Of a stretch of 64,000 nucleotides of DNA, positions 38,468 through 51,319 are shown in pieces. The notes under the pieces were generated by a model that made no database searches, was not told the origin of the DNA, and saw only the letters and a program-made list of their open reading frames with translations. Made by a program: the position numbers and the translations under genes. How positions within the stretch are numbered: position 1 is the stretch's first letter; each line of letters starts with the position of its first letter. Source of the DNA: Mnemiopsis leidyi (taxonomy: Eukaryota); NCBI GenBank assembly GCA_048537945.1, contig CM108484.1, positions 9,123,785 through 9,187,784 on the forward strand, written 5' to 3'.

Positions 38468-40482
38468 TGTGTCCCTGTAAGCCCTCCCTAGAATCGTTCC
38501 ATTGTTAGGTAATTAGTATAATCAATTAGTTTATTACAATTTCAAACATTAAACCCTTTAGTCCTAATTTTGGGGTGAGATGATTGTTGTAATTACATGG
38601 TTATAAATTAAAGATTACGTAAAATAATGAGCAAATTTAACATTTTTTGCGATAATGCAATTTTTTCACTCGGATTTGCCTTGTGAAATACCTAATTGCT
38701 GATAATTGCAGTCGACTTAGCCTCGAGCAATTATTGCATTGATAAATTTTGAACAATATCAGTTTATGCACATAGGACTGTAAAGATGTTGCAAATTATC
38801 AGATCATCCATGAAAAATTTTAGTAAAAATCATAAACTCGTCAATTTCGTAAGCTCTACAGATACTCAGGATAATCTTAAAATTTTGACAAGATTTCAAT
38901 AAAACAACAAGATAAGGAGTAAGATAATAGTGTACATTATGTTCATGGCGTGCAGTAATTGTATAATACACCTAATTGTATAATGCAATACAAAAATAAA
39001 GTCTATGCTTATCTCAGACAAACATCAAATAAAATACAGGGGGAGCAAAAGTATGTTTCTCTACGTTTGGGCTTATAGCTCAGGATGTGATCACGATACT
39101 TTAAAAAATATTTGCGGGAAATTCTTAGTTTGACTTGTCATTTGCTGGGGATGTCTTTGCATGTATGTTCATGTTTCACAGTTTTCGCCAGTTCTAGTGC
39201 TTTGATCACGCGGCTCTTAAGTTTCTTTTGTTTCTCTAGTTAAGAGACACCTTCTCTGAAAAATAAAAGCTCTAGCCTGTCTGGATGTTGACATTTAATA
39301 CTTACCTAAAACTTAATCGTTCACCATTGACAGGATGAGTCGCCCCATTAACGAATCATATGGCCCTGTCAAGCAAACTTGATAGCTTAGTAGGGGAGCT
39401 CGGAGGGTAATGCCAGCACGATCTCACATCATGAGAGCTCTTTTTTCAGGGAAGGGGTATCTTAATAAGCAAAACAAAGGCAACTTGAAGACCACGTGAT
39501 CCAAGCACAAGAACGGACCAAAAACTGCGAAAATGACTGTTCATTCTAAAAATAAACATGGTTTTGGCTTTATTCAAATTCCCGGCAAATGACGTATCGT
39601 ACTAACTGGAATCTTGTGATAACAGCCTGGTCGATGGGGCCAAAAGTAGGGAAGGAGATTTTTGGCCCCCTGTATAACTCTATCATATATCATAAAATCG
39701 TAACAAATAACAGACCAAACTCAAAATTATGGGAGTCCAGAAATTTACTACTATGAATAATTTACTACTTCAGATACTGTGACAATGTATCTAGGTGCTG
39801 ACAATAATTACTAGTCGCCGCTAATCGCTATGTAAACGAAAAAGAAGAAATCAGGAAGAAGACATAAATTGTACTTTGCCTTCCATTATTAGCTGTAAGA
39901 CTGGTATCTAAAAAAGTATAGCTCACATATATACGTTTAATCTAACGTAAGCAATAGAGAAGAGTATTTTTGTGGAGGGTTCACAAATTGTTTATATTAC
40001 GATTTACGTGACAGCATTAATTGATATTGATCGGCCATAGAAAACTTTTCAAGGGTCAATCAATGACTTAAAACGAAAAACTTGTGACCCTTCCTCAATA
40101 ATACATTTCTCGATTAAAGTAGCAATTACATAAAATATCAGCATATCAGAAAAACTATCACTTGAAGTTAGTACAAGTTGTGCAAGTGGTAAAAATAAAT
40201 AAGTTTAGCTGTTAAAAGGGTCAGGTAATAAGTAAAACATCAAATCTGTTGATAGGATGAAATAAATATTTGAGGGTCACTCATATCATATCTTTATTAA
40301 ATATTTGATATTAGACACTATCTAATAACGATAAACAATCTATACACAAGGATACGAGAATATAACTTACAAAAAGCAAACTGAAAATACTTCAAAGCCT
40401 GAACTGAATGTGTTTAATAATAATTGTTTACTTCTTCAAGTTGCAGTCCTAGCACGTAAGATCCACCCTAAAGATGAAAACT

Positions 40483-41640
40483 TTAACATGGTTTGAAAGA
40501 GTTAGTCTTCAAGTTGATAACAAAAATGACAACAGCTCCAAGGCAGGAACCTAGTTGGGTACAGATTCCACAGAAGAGTAGAGCATTCTCGCCATATCCT
40601 TGTAACACACTCGCCACATTAACTTTGATGTAGGAGATGCATCCTGTCCATAAAACATTGAGGAGAATGATTAGGACGGATCCCATAGTTGTACCAACAA
40701 GCCAAGGACTTGGAGACAATGAGGCGGTATAGATGATGATTGAAGCAATGATCACACATACACTGCACAGGAAGCCAAGAATGGATGGCCTTCTGCATGC
40801 AACAAAAAAGGCAAGAAAACAACACAGTGGATTTGCAAGAAGTGCCAATTCGGTAGCTAAATGATACACTGTTGGGCCATAAGGAAGACAAGCATAAGAC
40901 AGGATGGCAGGGATAACACCATTGCCTAGGGCAGCAATAATAGCAATGACTAAGTACAGCTGAACAAATAACCATTTTGTTGCAGCAAGCTCTGTACGAT
41001 TTTCACCACAGAAAACTTCATAGACCTTTATGTTGGTTAACTTAATTTCATTTGTTTCAGCAGTAGATGAGGCATTTTCTTCGGGGGAAGGTGATTCCTC
41101 TTGCTCTACACTCTGCACCGGAGGACTGCTTGATCGGATATTAGCATACCTAGCATTCAGACTTACATCCAAGTTATTCACCAAGTAAAATGCAACTCCT
41201 GATGTAGCCATGAGCAAGGACATCACACCAAAGTACACATTTACACCAAATCTTGGCCCTTCAGTTGTAGAATTACTGGATGCATTGTAACAGGTATCAC
41301 CTCCCGTGCCTTGAGCTAAAGCTAAGAGACTAGGCATGACTCCACTCAGTCCTTCCCCGATGTAGAAAGGTATCATGTAGCCAGATGGGTATTTTGCCAT
41401 AAAGGGGAGAAAAACAACAGAAGAAGTGCAATCCAATATGGCAAAGATAAATGATAAAAATAGAAGTGGAAGGCTTGATTTTTTTGAATTCATTTCTACC
41501 TCTTTATCCCAAAATTGGGATAACAAAATTGCAGCCACAAAACCAAGTAAAAGGATGATGTAGGCTGTGTATCTTAGACTTGCCATGTCTTTTTTGTATT
41601 GTCGCATGATAGTAAATATGATTGGTCCAATGTTTGCTGC
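40483..41640 (-). CDS. SLC52A: Riboflavin transporter (SLC52/RFVT family) exon 2 (AANIGPIIFTIMRQYKK...NLKTNSFKPC*)
   Basis: FLPFMAKYP..FYIGEGLSGVMPSLLALAQG and CLPYGPTVYHLATELALLANPLCCFLA match human SLC52A ([55 protein letters not shown]); acceptor ccctcAG at 41641-41646. Confidence 0.85.
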   Translation of the reverse strand, partial: AANIGPIIFTIMRQYKKDMASLRYTAYIILLLGFVAAILLSQFWDKEVEMNSKKSSLPLLFLSFIFAILDCTSSVVFLPFMAKYPSGYMIPFYIGEGLSGVMPSLLALAQGTGGDTCYNASSNSTTEGPRFGVNVYFGVMSLLMATSGVAFYLVNNLDVSLNARYANIRSSSPPVQSVEQEESPSPEENASSTAETNEIKLTNIKVYEVFCGENRTELAATKWLFVQLYLVIAIIAALGNGVIPAILSYACLPYGPTVYHLATELALLANPLCCFLAFFVACRRPSILGFLCSVCVIIASIIIYTASLSPSPWLVGTTMGSVLIILLNVLWTGCISYIKVNVASVLQGYGENALLFCGICTQLGSCLGAVVIFVINLKTNSFKPC

Positions 41641-41876
41641 CTGAGGGTGATTAAACTTTAAAAAAAGAAATTACATATATACCGGCTTTAGAAAATTTCC
41701 CAGGACATGTCAGAAATCAACATCTTAAATAAGTGTTCATTGTATCACTTGCAAGGCTGTAAATGTGATAACTGCATTAACTGATAACTGCATTAACTGA
41801 TAAAAAATATTAATAGATATTCATAATTTTGACAAGACTAACAAACTCACAACAATTAAGATTCCATTGGACTTAC

Positions 41877-42035
41877 TTGGATTATAAGAACAAGATAAGT
41901 TGGTAAGTTCCACCCTTCAGGTAATTGAGAAGTCAACAGAGGAAGCTCTGCCCAGACTCCATTAATTGCAACCCAGCTTCCCATACCAAATAAGGTGATG
42001 AGCAGGGAAACAAAGAGATTAACTTGCATTGCCAT
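41877..42035 (-). CDS. SLC52A: Riboflavin transporter exon 1 ([53 protein letters not shown])
   Basis: matches human RFVT N-terminus [43 protein letters not shown]; donor caa|GTAAGT; 53 codons in phase with exon 2. Confidence 0.8.
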
Positions 42036-42120
42036 GTGTCAAACCTAGTGATGTAGCACTTTACAGTTTAAACAGAACTTCCCGAATAAGGAAATCATAA
42101 CTTCAAATCAAGTACTATAA

Positions 42121-43150
42121 GGGGTTGTTCACAATTGATGGATCACCTAGAGGGAGGGGATTTCCAAATGATGACTATTGATGATAAAGGCAGTAAGGCC
42201 TAGGATGATGTCATCAAATATCAACAATTTCCAGAGATTTTTTAGGATTTTAAAAGAATTTCTATGGTGTAAACTTGAAACAATAATACAGTTCATTTCT
42301 TCCAACAAGCCACACGCAGTGGTCTGCGTCTAGATCGTTACAAGCTTTGTCCATGCTTTCTTCTTGATGCTTTCTCTGACTTTGAGTCCAGTTGGAGGTT
42401 TCCATATTAATAAAGGATTAAAGGCACATCATACAGTCTACAGGTTTTGAGATTCCTGGCTTAGGTACGAAGGTCAACTATCAAGGTTGACAGCAGCCAG
42501 GTGTTGATTTTGGGGACTGTTAGAAGGAAAGGGCTACATTGATCTTTGGGTTTGTTTCTACTTGGGCGACCTCTGTTTCTCAAGCATCATAGGAAGAGGG
42601 CGGGGAACCAATTAGAGGAAGTTAAGGAGCTATCTTATGACTTAGAGGGATTGCTGTTGCTATTGTAGTACATAACATAGTCTTGGAAATATAAACTTTA
42701 GTGTAATCGCAAGAAGTAACGAATGCATTTGTTGGTAGTTAATCAAAGTGGTGATATTTCAGCAATCACAGTTGCCATTCTCAAACCTAAATTGTTGATA
42801 AAAACGGATAGTTAAATATTCTAGTAAATTACAAAGTTAATACTATAAATCAGAATTTCCTATTTTCTTCTTCCTTTACTTCTTGCGATTACACTAAAGT
42901 TTATACTTCTTCTCAGTCTTGGAAATATGTAATGTGTTTTCACTACATTTTTGATCAAAATACATGTCTATTAAAAACATAAAATAAAAATATCTTGACA
43001 AGAAATTGGGGGGTCCCAGCTGTGATAACGTCACTACATGGTAATTTACCTCTGAAATTTTGGAGGGTTTTGTCATGATGAACAATGATGAGAGAGGGGG
43101 AGGGGGTCAATAATTCCGAAAATATGATGACGTCATATGTGAAGGACCCC
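42121..43150. mobile_element. Second copy of the Harbinger/PIF-like MITE family (TIRs ggggttgttcacaattgatgg... / ...tgacgtcatatgtgaaggacccc, flanked by TAA/TAA) with a ~760-bp internal insertion that itself carries a nested TIR pair (42680-42720 vs 42885-42945)
   Basis: TIR and TSD read directly; lies 85 bp upstream of the riboflavin-transporter ATG. Confidence 0.65.
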
Positions 43151-43698
43151 TAATTAGCTGACTATGTCTGTTTTTGATCTGATTGAGCCACCAGAGTCTG
43201 CCCATGTATCTATCAGAAAGTTCACAAGAAACTGCAAGAGATGGATTGGTTACCATCAACTTGCAGACAGTGTAAACATAAAATGGCCAATGACCACCAA
43301 CTTAATGACCACCGGCTCAAAAAGTCAATCTTAGTCTGGACTTGGTCTACCTAACCCTGAACTAAACTTGACCCTAACCCTTAGTTATCTAGTTGGTTAT
43401 ATCCCATAGGATTCTAACCCCTGACCAGGGACTTAGGACTAGTAGCAGTAGTAAGTGACAAAACTCACTAGGCTCTCCATTATATTGTCATAGCTTTCCC
43501 CCAGTAAGTTGTGCATGTGGTCCAATGGTTGGTCAACCACCGGGGCCCAACTGTGCCTAATAATATAGCTGTTTAGGTAGTAGAAGTACACGTAGTAGTA
43601 GTAGTAGTAGTTAACGTCCAAATAACTGTAAGTTGAACTGAAATACCTCAAAACTAACATCTAAGATTCAAGCCAAATACTATCAGAAGCTTGATGAG

Positions 43699-44530
43699 TT
43701 GACAAAAAACAACACTAGTCCTGTTAGTTCCAGTCCCAACAAAGACTTGGCTAAACTCATCAATACCATTGAGGATGCTGCAAAACAGTCTGTGGCAACT
43801 CAGGACAGAAAAGTACACTTACGACACAACAGTGATGATGATGAAGTGGGAAGGATATTCTTGGACACGTATCAATTTCGGCAGCTACTTAACAACAACC
43901 AACCAATCGATCGAACGAGCCTTCATTCATCGATCAACAGACTGACAAAAACATCCAGAGGATGCTTAAACATGTGCGTGAAGCTGCAGCAAATCAGATA
44001 TGTCAAGACATATTACAGGTGACCATTGGAGTACATGAAAAGCATCGTATAGCTACTGATGCCCGAAAAGCTGAAGTGATCAAAAATTATCTTGAAAAGC
44101 AGCTCACTAGAAATGAGACTCCTCTTAGACCGTTTGTAGAGCCTACAAGACCAATAGAATGCCTTTTCACTGATGTGGAGATCTCTGCTGCTGCATGGAG
44201 CTTGAAAGACAGAAGAGCCACTGGCCCTGCCGGGATACCCAATGAACTTTTTAATTTATGAGATATTTGCTCCCATCATCAAAAACTGCTTAATGAGACA
44301 CACTTCGATCCTACATTGATCCCATCTGACAAACAAATGTTACACCCCTCCAAAAGCCAAACAAGCCAGTAGGACCACCCAAAAACCGCCGCCCACTATA
44401 TCCAATGCTGTCAGAAAGATCCTGTCGATGGTAACACTAAAGAGGATTGATAAAAAAGTGGAGGCATTAACTGGCCCACGGCAATGTGCGTACACCAGAG
44501 GTGACTGGAAAAGCGTATCATGTTGATTTC
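43699..44530 (+). pseudogene. Degraded non-LTR retrotransposon ORF2 fragment (start of reverse-transcriptase domain), frameshifted
   Basis: WSLKDRRATGPAGIPNELF (the GPDGIP motif that begins LINE RT domains), then in other frames LIPSDKQMLHPSK and PISLLS-like segments; no continuous ORF. Confidence 0.5.
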
Positions 44531-45130
44531 TGATGTATAAGCAGCCGCGCGCCGCGTAAGCACCTGGTACGGTTATGGGTTAGGTTGTCGAGGTTTTACC
44601 CGACTCGCGCGCGGCTCTGGGCTCGCAGCTTGCTGCTCTCCTGGCGTTTCGTTAGAACGCGAACGTTAGACGGATATCATCTCGGCAACGGTTAGGTGAA
44701 GTTTGTCTGACTTCGTCCGACCCTCATTCGACAGGAGGGTGCGCGCTGCCGTACAAGGTGAAGTTGACCGCGTTTGGCGTTGCTATGCTGAGCTGCTATA
44801 GGCATAGCTATTTTAGCTATTTGTGATTTAGATCTTTATCATATATCAATTATAAAATGTCTGACTTTTCCGACCCTCATTCGAAGCAAATTATATAAAA
44901 TGCCGGGTGTGGGGTTGTCTGACTTTGTCCGACCCTCATTCGAAGAATCGAAGCGAATAAAATGACGGGAGAATAAAATGACGGGAGGGTGCGCGCTGCT
45001 GTACAAGGTGTGGGGTGGTTTCGCGCTGCTGTCAGCTGAGCTGTACAAGCAATTTTGTATTAGTTTTGCTTGGGGACCTCAGTCTTTGTGCGCCTTGTAG
45101 GTTGATATAACCTACTGTCGCGGCCTTCAC
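44530..45130. repeat. Second copy of the dispersed hairpin-containing repeat family (tcgttagaacgcgaacgttagacggata.., gtccgaccctcattcga.., gacgggagggtgcgcgctgc..)
   Basis: shares several >20-bp motifs with 15580-16260 and 52440-52520. Confidence 0.6.
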
Positions 45131-45998
45131 GCGCTCTCACGCATTTCTGGCCTGGCGACAGAGAAGAAATTCTAAACGCGCATCGCCCGTTAAGTTTTTG
45201 TGAGAAACTTCATTCTGATTAGCAACACAATGACATGAATTTATTTTTTTGTTAAATGTTAAACTTAAACAAACTTCCAACTCTCAAAGTCAAAAGTATT
45301 TATCAATATCAACATAATGTACATGTTTAGTAACAATATTACTAACAAATATGCATAACTTGATAATCAAATTCAAATTATGCATTAAAGGATAAAAATA
45401 TCAAAATTAATTAAGTTGGTTAATTTCAATATTTATTAATTTATTATCCTTTAATGCATAATTTTTCCTTTGTCTAAATGCTGTTAGACTCATCTTGCAT
45501 CCAAATCTACATATACCAAAATGTAAAATACCTTCACAGATCAAGTTTCAATAACAGTTTATGCAACAGAATTCAATCGTTTTCCAGTTCTATAGTTTTT
45601 GTTTGCTCTAAATATTTTACAGAAAAGGTCGGCGAGGATAATTCAAATTTTAGATCGAAATATTGAGCATCTGTGACAATATTAACAGTAAGAGCAACAT
45701 GCAAAAAAATAGCGTTCTTATGTGAGTTTATCTCAAGTTAATATTGAAATAGCCCCTTTGTACATATAATACAGTTACATGAACACATGCATCAACTTAA
45801 AAATATAAATTGTCTCTATATCGAATGGCGATTGCTCTGCGACCAATAAATATCGGATATTTCAAATAAAATATTGATTCGAATCCGATATTTTTCATAC
45901 ATTCGTAAACAAATCAAACTTGAAGTTATAAATTAAAATACATCCTGAACTTGCACTAAATTTTCTCACTCACTCTATAACCGCACTGGTCAAACCTT

Positions 45999-46636
45999 TC
46001 AATCCATCACCCCTTTCAACTCATCTAGTTGATACTTCATAAGTTTTTGTTCCAGTTCTGCTATAGTTCTGTCTCTCTCCCTGACTTTCCCCCTTTCCTT
46101 CTCCAACTCCTCCTCCAACTGTCTGATCCTCTCCTCAGGGGTGACCCTCTCCGCTGCTAGTACTGGCGTAGGTGTAGGTAAGCTCTCTCCTCCCGAATCT
46201 CCACTGGACCCAGGGATAGGTTCTAGAGAGTTGACGTCAATTCGAGTGGACTTAGCTAGGGCTTCTCTCAGTCTCACCTCACTGAACGAGAACTCGGCTC
46301 TATACTCTGGAGGAGGGGAGGTTGGGGGAGTTTTTGAAGAGGTTCCAGGTGGTTGGAGTTTGCCTGAAGTGACTTCAGGGGGGTCCGCACTGGATGTGTG
46401 TGTTGGAACTGGAGCTCTTTCAGAGACTGACTGAGGGTGACTGTCTGCTGATGCGACACCGGAACTGGAACAACTGGCTGCAGATACCGACTTTGAGGAA
46501 TGAAGGTGGTGGCTGCCTGAGGAGTGGCCGCTGTCTGACGTCACTAGTTCCTGACTGTTTGCAGAGGACACCCCACTCGAGGACTGATGGTCGTAACTCC
46601 GCAGACTCATCTCGTTCCGGAACATTTTACCGCCGC
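45999..46636 (-). CDS. NEK9: terminal exon: Ser-rich low-complexity region then coiled coil (..ERIRQLEEELEKERGKVRERDRTIAELEQKLMKYQLDELKGVMD*)
   Basis: tctttCAG acceptor; 211 codons + stop; a C-terminal coiled coil fits NEK9 domain order. Confidence 0.65.
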
Positions 46637-47293
46637 CTGAAAGACACGAAACTGTGTATTGTGTAAAGAAGATAGAATGTGCATTGTGCGGTATATTTGG
46701 TATCCGAGAGATAATGTACTGTGGTGCCTTCGTAATCAAGGAAGTGATAATAATGATATGTACATCAGAACAATCTTACTTATTGCCTGAGTGCCACAGT
46801 TAAATGACCGTTTTCTCCCAACGAATGGAAATACGCAATCTGTCAACCTGGCCACATTATGATAACTGATAAAAGATCTGCCAACATAGCATAGGAGCTA
46901 GGACAGGATAAACAGACTCTGAGCAGACGCGGATTTTAAAACTTCGAGAGAACTTTTCATCGAATTTTTGCTATTATTGAAGTGTTACCCGTTCCAACTA
47001 TCAAATTTCTGTATTCCGTTGAAAGACCGTTTTTCGACCACGGAGAATATCCTGCTTATTATCTTTTTTACCGCTTTGATTGCAGTATTAGTGTACTCTT
47101 ATAAAGGGACACTTGTAAACATTTCAGACCGTTTCCAGTTGAAACATATTTCAGAAAGACTTTAAATCGACAATCGTTTACTATTATTATTGTGTAAGAT
47201 GTAAATTGTAACTTGTACAATATGTAGCTTGCACTCGACTAGAAAATAAACTTAAACTTTAGTTGTTCGAAATTCACTGAATATGTGACTTAC

Positions 47294-47429
47294 CGAAATT
47301 GGGAGTAGGCGGTGGTTTGTCGCACATTTCCATCTCATTGTGCAGCCACGTGGGTGTTTTGGCAGAGTCTAATGAGTCCTGGCGAGAAACCTGGGTTTCA
47401 GCTGCTCCAATCAACTGTGCTGATATGAC
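47294..47429 (-). CDS. NEK9: exon (VISAQLIGAAETQVSRQDSLDSAKTPTWLHNEMEMCDKPPPTPNF-)
   Basis: ctttaCAG acceptor, g|GTAAGT donor. Confidence 0.6.
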
Positions 47430-47620
47430 CTGTAAAGTTAACCATTTTGAAGAAAAATCTAGCATGCTTGTGTTCTCATCTCTCATGTATTTAACAAGAG
47501 TTTGATCAAAAATTGTTCTTAGGGTTATAATTGCAGCCCAACTTAGAGTTCGACTAGAAAGTAGAACGTAGAAATACAGAAAAGATTTCAATAAAGAAGA
47601 ACAAAGAACAGTCTCTATAC

Positions 47621-47723
47621 CTGTTCAGCTACAAGTAGAGTATACCAGCCTCTACTGGACAGTGCCGGTATGTAGTGCAGGGAGCTAAATATAGGGGTCG
47701 GCGTACAGACGCTGTTCCTTGAA
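47621..47723 (-). CDS. NEK9: exon (SSRNSVCTPTPIFSSLHYIPALSSRGWYTLLVAEQ)
   Basis: gattttCAG acceptor, GTATAG donor; the only phase-compatible open segment between flanking exons. Confidence 0.55.
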
Positions 47724-47819
47724 CTGAAAATCAGCTAGTTTAGAATTAACCTGATGTGAAATATATATGGCATTTTACACCACGTACTGGCTTAGAAAGC
47801 CTGGTAGAACTGAAAATAC

Positions 47820-47952
47820 CTGTTTCCTAGTTCGTTGTTGGTTCCGTCTCCCAGACGACCGTGGTTTCTATAGCCCCAGGAATAAACCTCGTTGTCTACC
47901 GTTGTAGCTACTGTAAACCTGTCCCCTGCTGACACAAGCGCTATTTTCTTTC
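47820..47952 (-). CDS. NEK9: RCC1-repeat exon (GKKIALVSAGDRFTVATTVDNEVYSWGYRNHGRLGDGTNNELGN-)
   Basis: cttctcacccAG acceptor, ag|GTATTT donor. Confidence 0.7.
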
Positions 47953-48087
47953 CTGGGTGAGAAGTTCTGTATTTTGAGGACCAAAGTTCAATATTTTGTG
48001 TCCTTGGCAGAACCGTTCATGATAAATAGGACAGGTGCGATCAGACGTAAACAAGGAAATAACAACATGGTTGTTGTTGAAACTCAC

Positions 48088-48232
48088 CGGCAAGTTTAGC
48101 CTTGACTATGGTAGGCTGGCTGTAAACTTTGTAGTGGCCTATACCCCGCTGTCCACACTTGTTTGAACCAAGAGTCCAGATTCTGTCGTAGGCGTCGATA
48201 ACAGCGGTGTGGTCAACACCACATGCTACTTC
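48088..48232 (-). CDS. NEK9: RCC1-repeat exon (EVACGVDHTAVIDAYDRIWTLGSNKCGQRGIGHYKVYSQPTIVKAKLA-)
   Basis: tttCAG acceptor shared with each unit of the adjacent 36-bp tandem repeat; donor g|GTGAGT. Confidence 0.7.
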
Positions 48233-48235
48233 CTG

Positions 48236-48490
48236 AAATACAGAAGGATCAACACCACATGCTACTTCCTGAAATACAGAAGGATCAACACCACATGCTA
48301 CTTCCTGAAATATAGGAGGATCAACACCACATGCTACTTCCTGAAATATAGGAGGATCAACACCACATAATACTTCCTGAAATATAGGAGGATCAACACC
48401 ACCTGCTACATCCTGAAATACAGGAGGATCAACACCACATGCTACTTCCTGAAATATAGGAGGATCAACACCACATGCTACTTCCTGATA
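48236..48490. repeat. 36-bp minisatellite x7, each unit duplicating the 3' splice site and first 22 nt of the adjacent NEK RCC1 exon (minus-strand unit caggaagtagcatgtggtgttgatccttctgtatttcag)
   Basis: direct reading; units are open in the exon frame on the minus strand (EVACGVDPSVFQ)n. Confidence 0.9.
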
Positions 48491-49874
48491 TTATACAGGA
48501 GGATTAAGAGCATGTTAGTGTTAGATGTTATTGAACATTTCATTTTTTCATTATCAAGTATGCATCTACAGCTTGCCTCGTCCAAGCTAGTGTCATCTAG
48601 CTGCATTAGATGTTATGAACAACTTGACGATTATACCATAATCATCATTGCCATACTAACGATTTCGGAGAAGCATTTCGTTTTTCTTGTTAAGCACGCC
48701 CAACTTTTAGATTCGGTTAAATCAGAATGTCGACGACGAAAGGAAACATAATTTAATGCTTCAGTCAAAAAAGGCTATATACTTATAGGCAAAAAAGTAC
48801 TTCAGAAACTTTAAATAATGTTTTTAAGATTGTGTTTGATATATAACAAGGATATGCTAGAAAAGGTTAAATACCCGTCCGAAGAGGACAATAGGCTATA
48901 ATAATGAAGAGTTTCCGACATCATGGCAAGAAAAAGTTGGGAGGAAAGTTGTTATTCTCAAAGCAATGTAAATTTGCCGAACTTGTTTCTAAAATTTAAG
49001 CAGTTGAAAGATCTTAACAGTCTGGATGAAAATTGAAATCACTACATTTCTTGTAGAGTCACCTCAGGTCACCACCACCTAGTACCAGCTAAACTTCCTT
49101 TGATACAGTTTACTCCTGGCTCAAGGAAAAAGTCTTGAAGAACTAACTTGGCCCCATTAGTGTTAATAAATGACAGTTTTGTTATCGAAGGGCACGTAAA
49201 GAGTAAAAAAATTACAGATACCTAGCTAAAGAATACATCCTAAGAAGATATTCCGTCTTAGGAAACCTTGGAACAAAGCTAGTGAAAAAAGCCAAAAGCC
49301 AACACTTAATAACAAGTACAGAATATAATCGTGTAACTTCGATCGCGGAGACTCTCCTGAAGAGCTAGTTTCTATGGACCATGACATAAAGTTAAAGTTG
49401 ACAGACCGTTCAACTAACAACTGTGATGTACCTCGACTCTGTGTTTTCATTCTGCGAAATACAGCTGCTAATTGCTAGAGGTATCACTAGAGCACATCGT
49501 TTTTCAAAAGAGGTGAAGGTCAATCTTCAGTTGGAAACATTCACGGTACCTATTTCACTAATGGGAGCGCTGTAAGGATCGGTCCGGTCGTATATTACTT
49601 TAACAGACGATAAATATTTTGGTCAGTGCTTACGTGGAAAGCACAAAACCTTTTATACTGCATATGTACTGAGAAAAAGAAAATTGAAACATACAGATTG
49701 TTATTAGCTTTAAATGTCATAGATTCAGAAACCAACAGAAAAGTTGACTGTCTTTTGAAATTTATTTAAAAAAACTGTTTTTATATGGGATCATTACTTG
49801 ATGTAGAATGTAGATATAGAATGGCCATGTTTAGAAGGCAAATTTAAGAAATTCTAATTTACGATAATACCAAC

Positions 49875-50014
49875 CCTAACTGCGACTGACGAGAGTCCAT
49901 AGACTGGTTTCAAAGTAAAAGTTTCGCCACACTTTGCTACTTTAGCCCCCTTCCTCCCGATTTTGTTAATACCCAACTTGTTATCTTGATTGTCTCCACA
50001 AGCCATCAATTTCC
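49875..50014 (-). CDS. NEK9: RCC1-repeat exon (GKLMACGDNQDNKLGINKIGRKGAKVAKCGETFTLKPVYGLSSVAVR)
   Basis: tttCAG acceptor, agg|GTTGGT donor; restores the phase between flanking exons. Confidence 0.65.
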
Positions 50015-50823
50015 CTGAAATTCAAATTAAAAATCAAAGATATTAAGGCTTGAGTATAATAATAACGTATCAGGATCTAATAACGTATCAGGATCAATAA
50101 ACGATTTTCCAATTTCAAAAAAATAGACTACCATATCAGGAATATTGGTTTTTGTCAATATCTCTTCCCTGAAGATTTTTAAAAATCGGTTGCTCCGGTG
50201 CTTCACGACACGTACATTTATGTTGCCATTGTACTCATTCTTTAATGATAGTCTAAATCTGAATAAAGCTGAATAATACTGAAAAATAGCCTTTCCTAGA
50301 TCAAAATACAAAAATTTAACCCGATATATCTAGTTGGTATAGTTATTCTCAGATACCAGGAAATTTGGTTAGCAGTATTTTCGCCAAAATTTTCTCTTTG
50401 ATCATTTTGGAGCATAGGTTGCTTGGTAACGGGTATGAAATGAGTTTGTTGAATTGTTGCCCATGTTTTGTTGAGCCGGTTTAGTATCTGATTCAGAAAT
50501 ACACTTTGGTGCGTATAAATGAAAATGTATTTTTCGCTAATATCTCTTTTTCTGATCATGAAAAGATAATTGTGCAGTGATTTGAAGCTTATTTTAAGTC
50601 ACTAAGACCTTTTTGGACCAAATTAAAATATCGAATTCCAATTTTCTCGATTCCGATTACCGAAAAATCAACTGTTAAATTGGAGTTGGATTGCCCCCAC
50701 CAATGGTAATACTTCAGCCAGATGTGTTAGAAAATGAAATGCTATGATGAACAGACTGGTTTACAAGGTTTTCTTCTTTAATTTCAGATAATTGAAAAAA
50801 GTGTAAGTTTAAACGATTCCTAC

Positions 50824-50969
50824 CCCCGGTTGTGATGACAAACGAGCAGTGTCTTCCGCAAGCAACCTTAGCAAACTTGGTACCTCGGATCTCCAACTTC
50901 TGAGGAATGTAAAGTATGTCTTCACAGTCGTTGCCAAGGCACCCGTATTCTCCATTGCCCCATCCGTAT
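50824..50969 (-). CDS. NEK9: RCC1-repeat exon (LYGWGNGEYGCLGNDCEDILYIPQKLEIRGTKFAKVACGRHCSFVITTG-)
   Basis: tgtgCAG acceptor, GTAGGA donor. Confidence 0.75.
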
Positions 50970-51319
50970 CTGCACAGTGACAAGTTCAATTGTTACGACT
51001 GAGGTTTCCTAAATTTCCAGAAGGCATTGATTACAGCATTGGCCTTCTTATGTTGTAGGTTACGTAGTGTCTCGTTTCATAGGTGAAAGACCGTACATAC
51101 AAGGTTGACAAGTAGAATTTGGATCTTATTAAAGATCAATACTTAAATACACTAATAAGTTTCTCTATCATGGATAACTTTTAAACCAGATAACGAATCT
51201 AATGTTAAGTGCCAATTGAGTAACAATTAAGTCACAATCAAGTAACAATCAAGTAACAATTAAGTAACAATTAAGTAATTACAGTTAAGAAACAGTTAAG
51301 TAACAGTTAAGTAACATAC

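Noticed and set aside
43962-44261. Intact-looking 99-aa ORF treated as a gene
   Set aside because: Part of a frameshifted LINE reverse-transcriptase fragment (GPAGIP motif); the surrounding frames are broken.
47430-47591. Upstream extension of minus ORF 47274-47591 (..IFDQTLVKYMRDENTSMLDFSSKWLTL)
   Set aside because: No phase-compatible acceptor; the acceptor ctttaCAG at 47430-47432 and the intervening exon 47621-47723 give a consistent model, so this stretch is treated as intron read-through.
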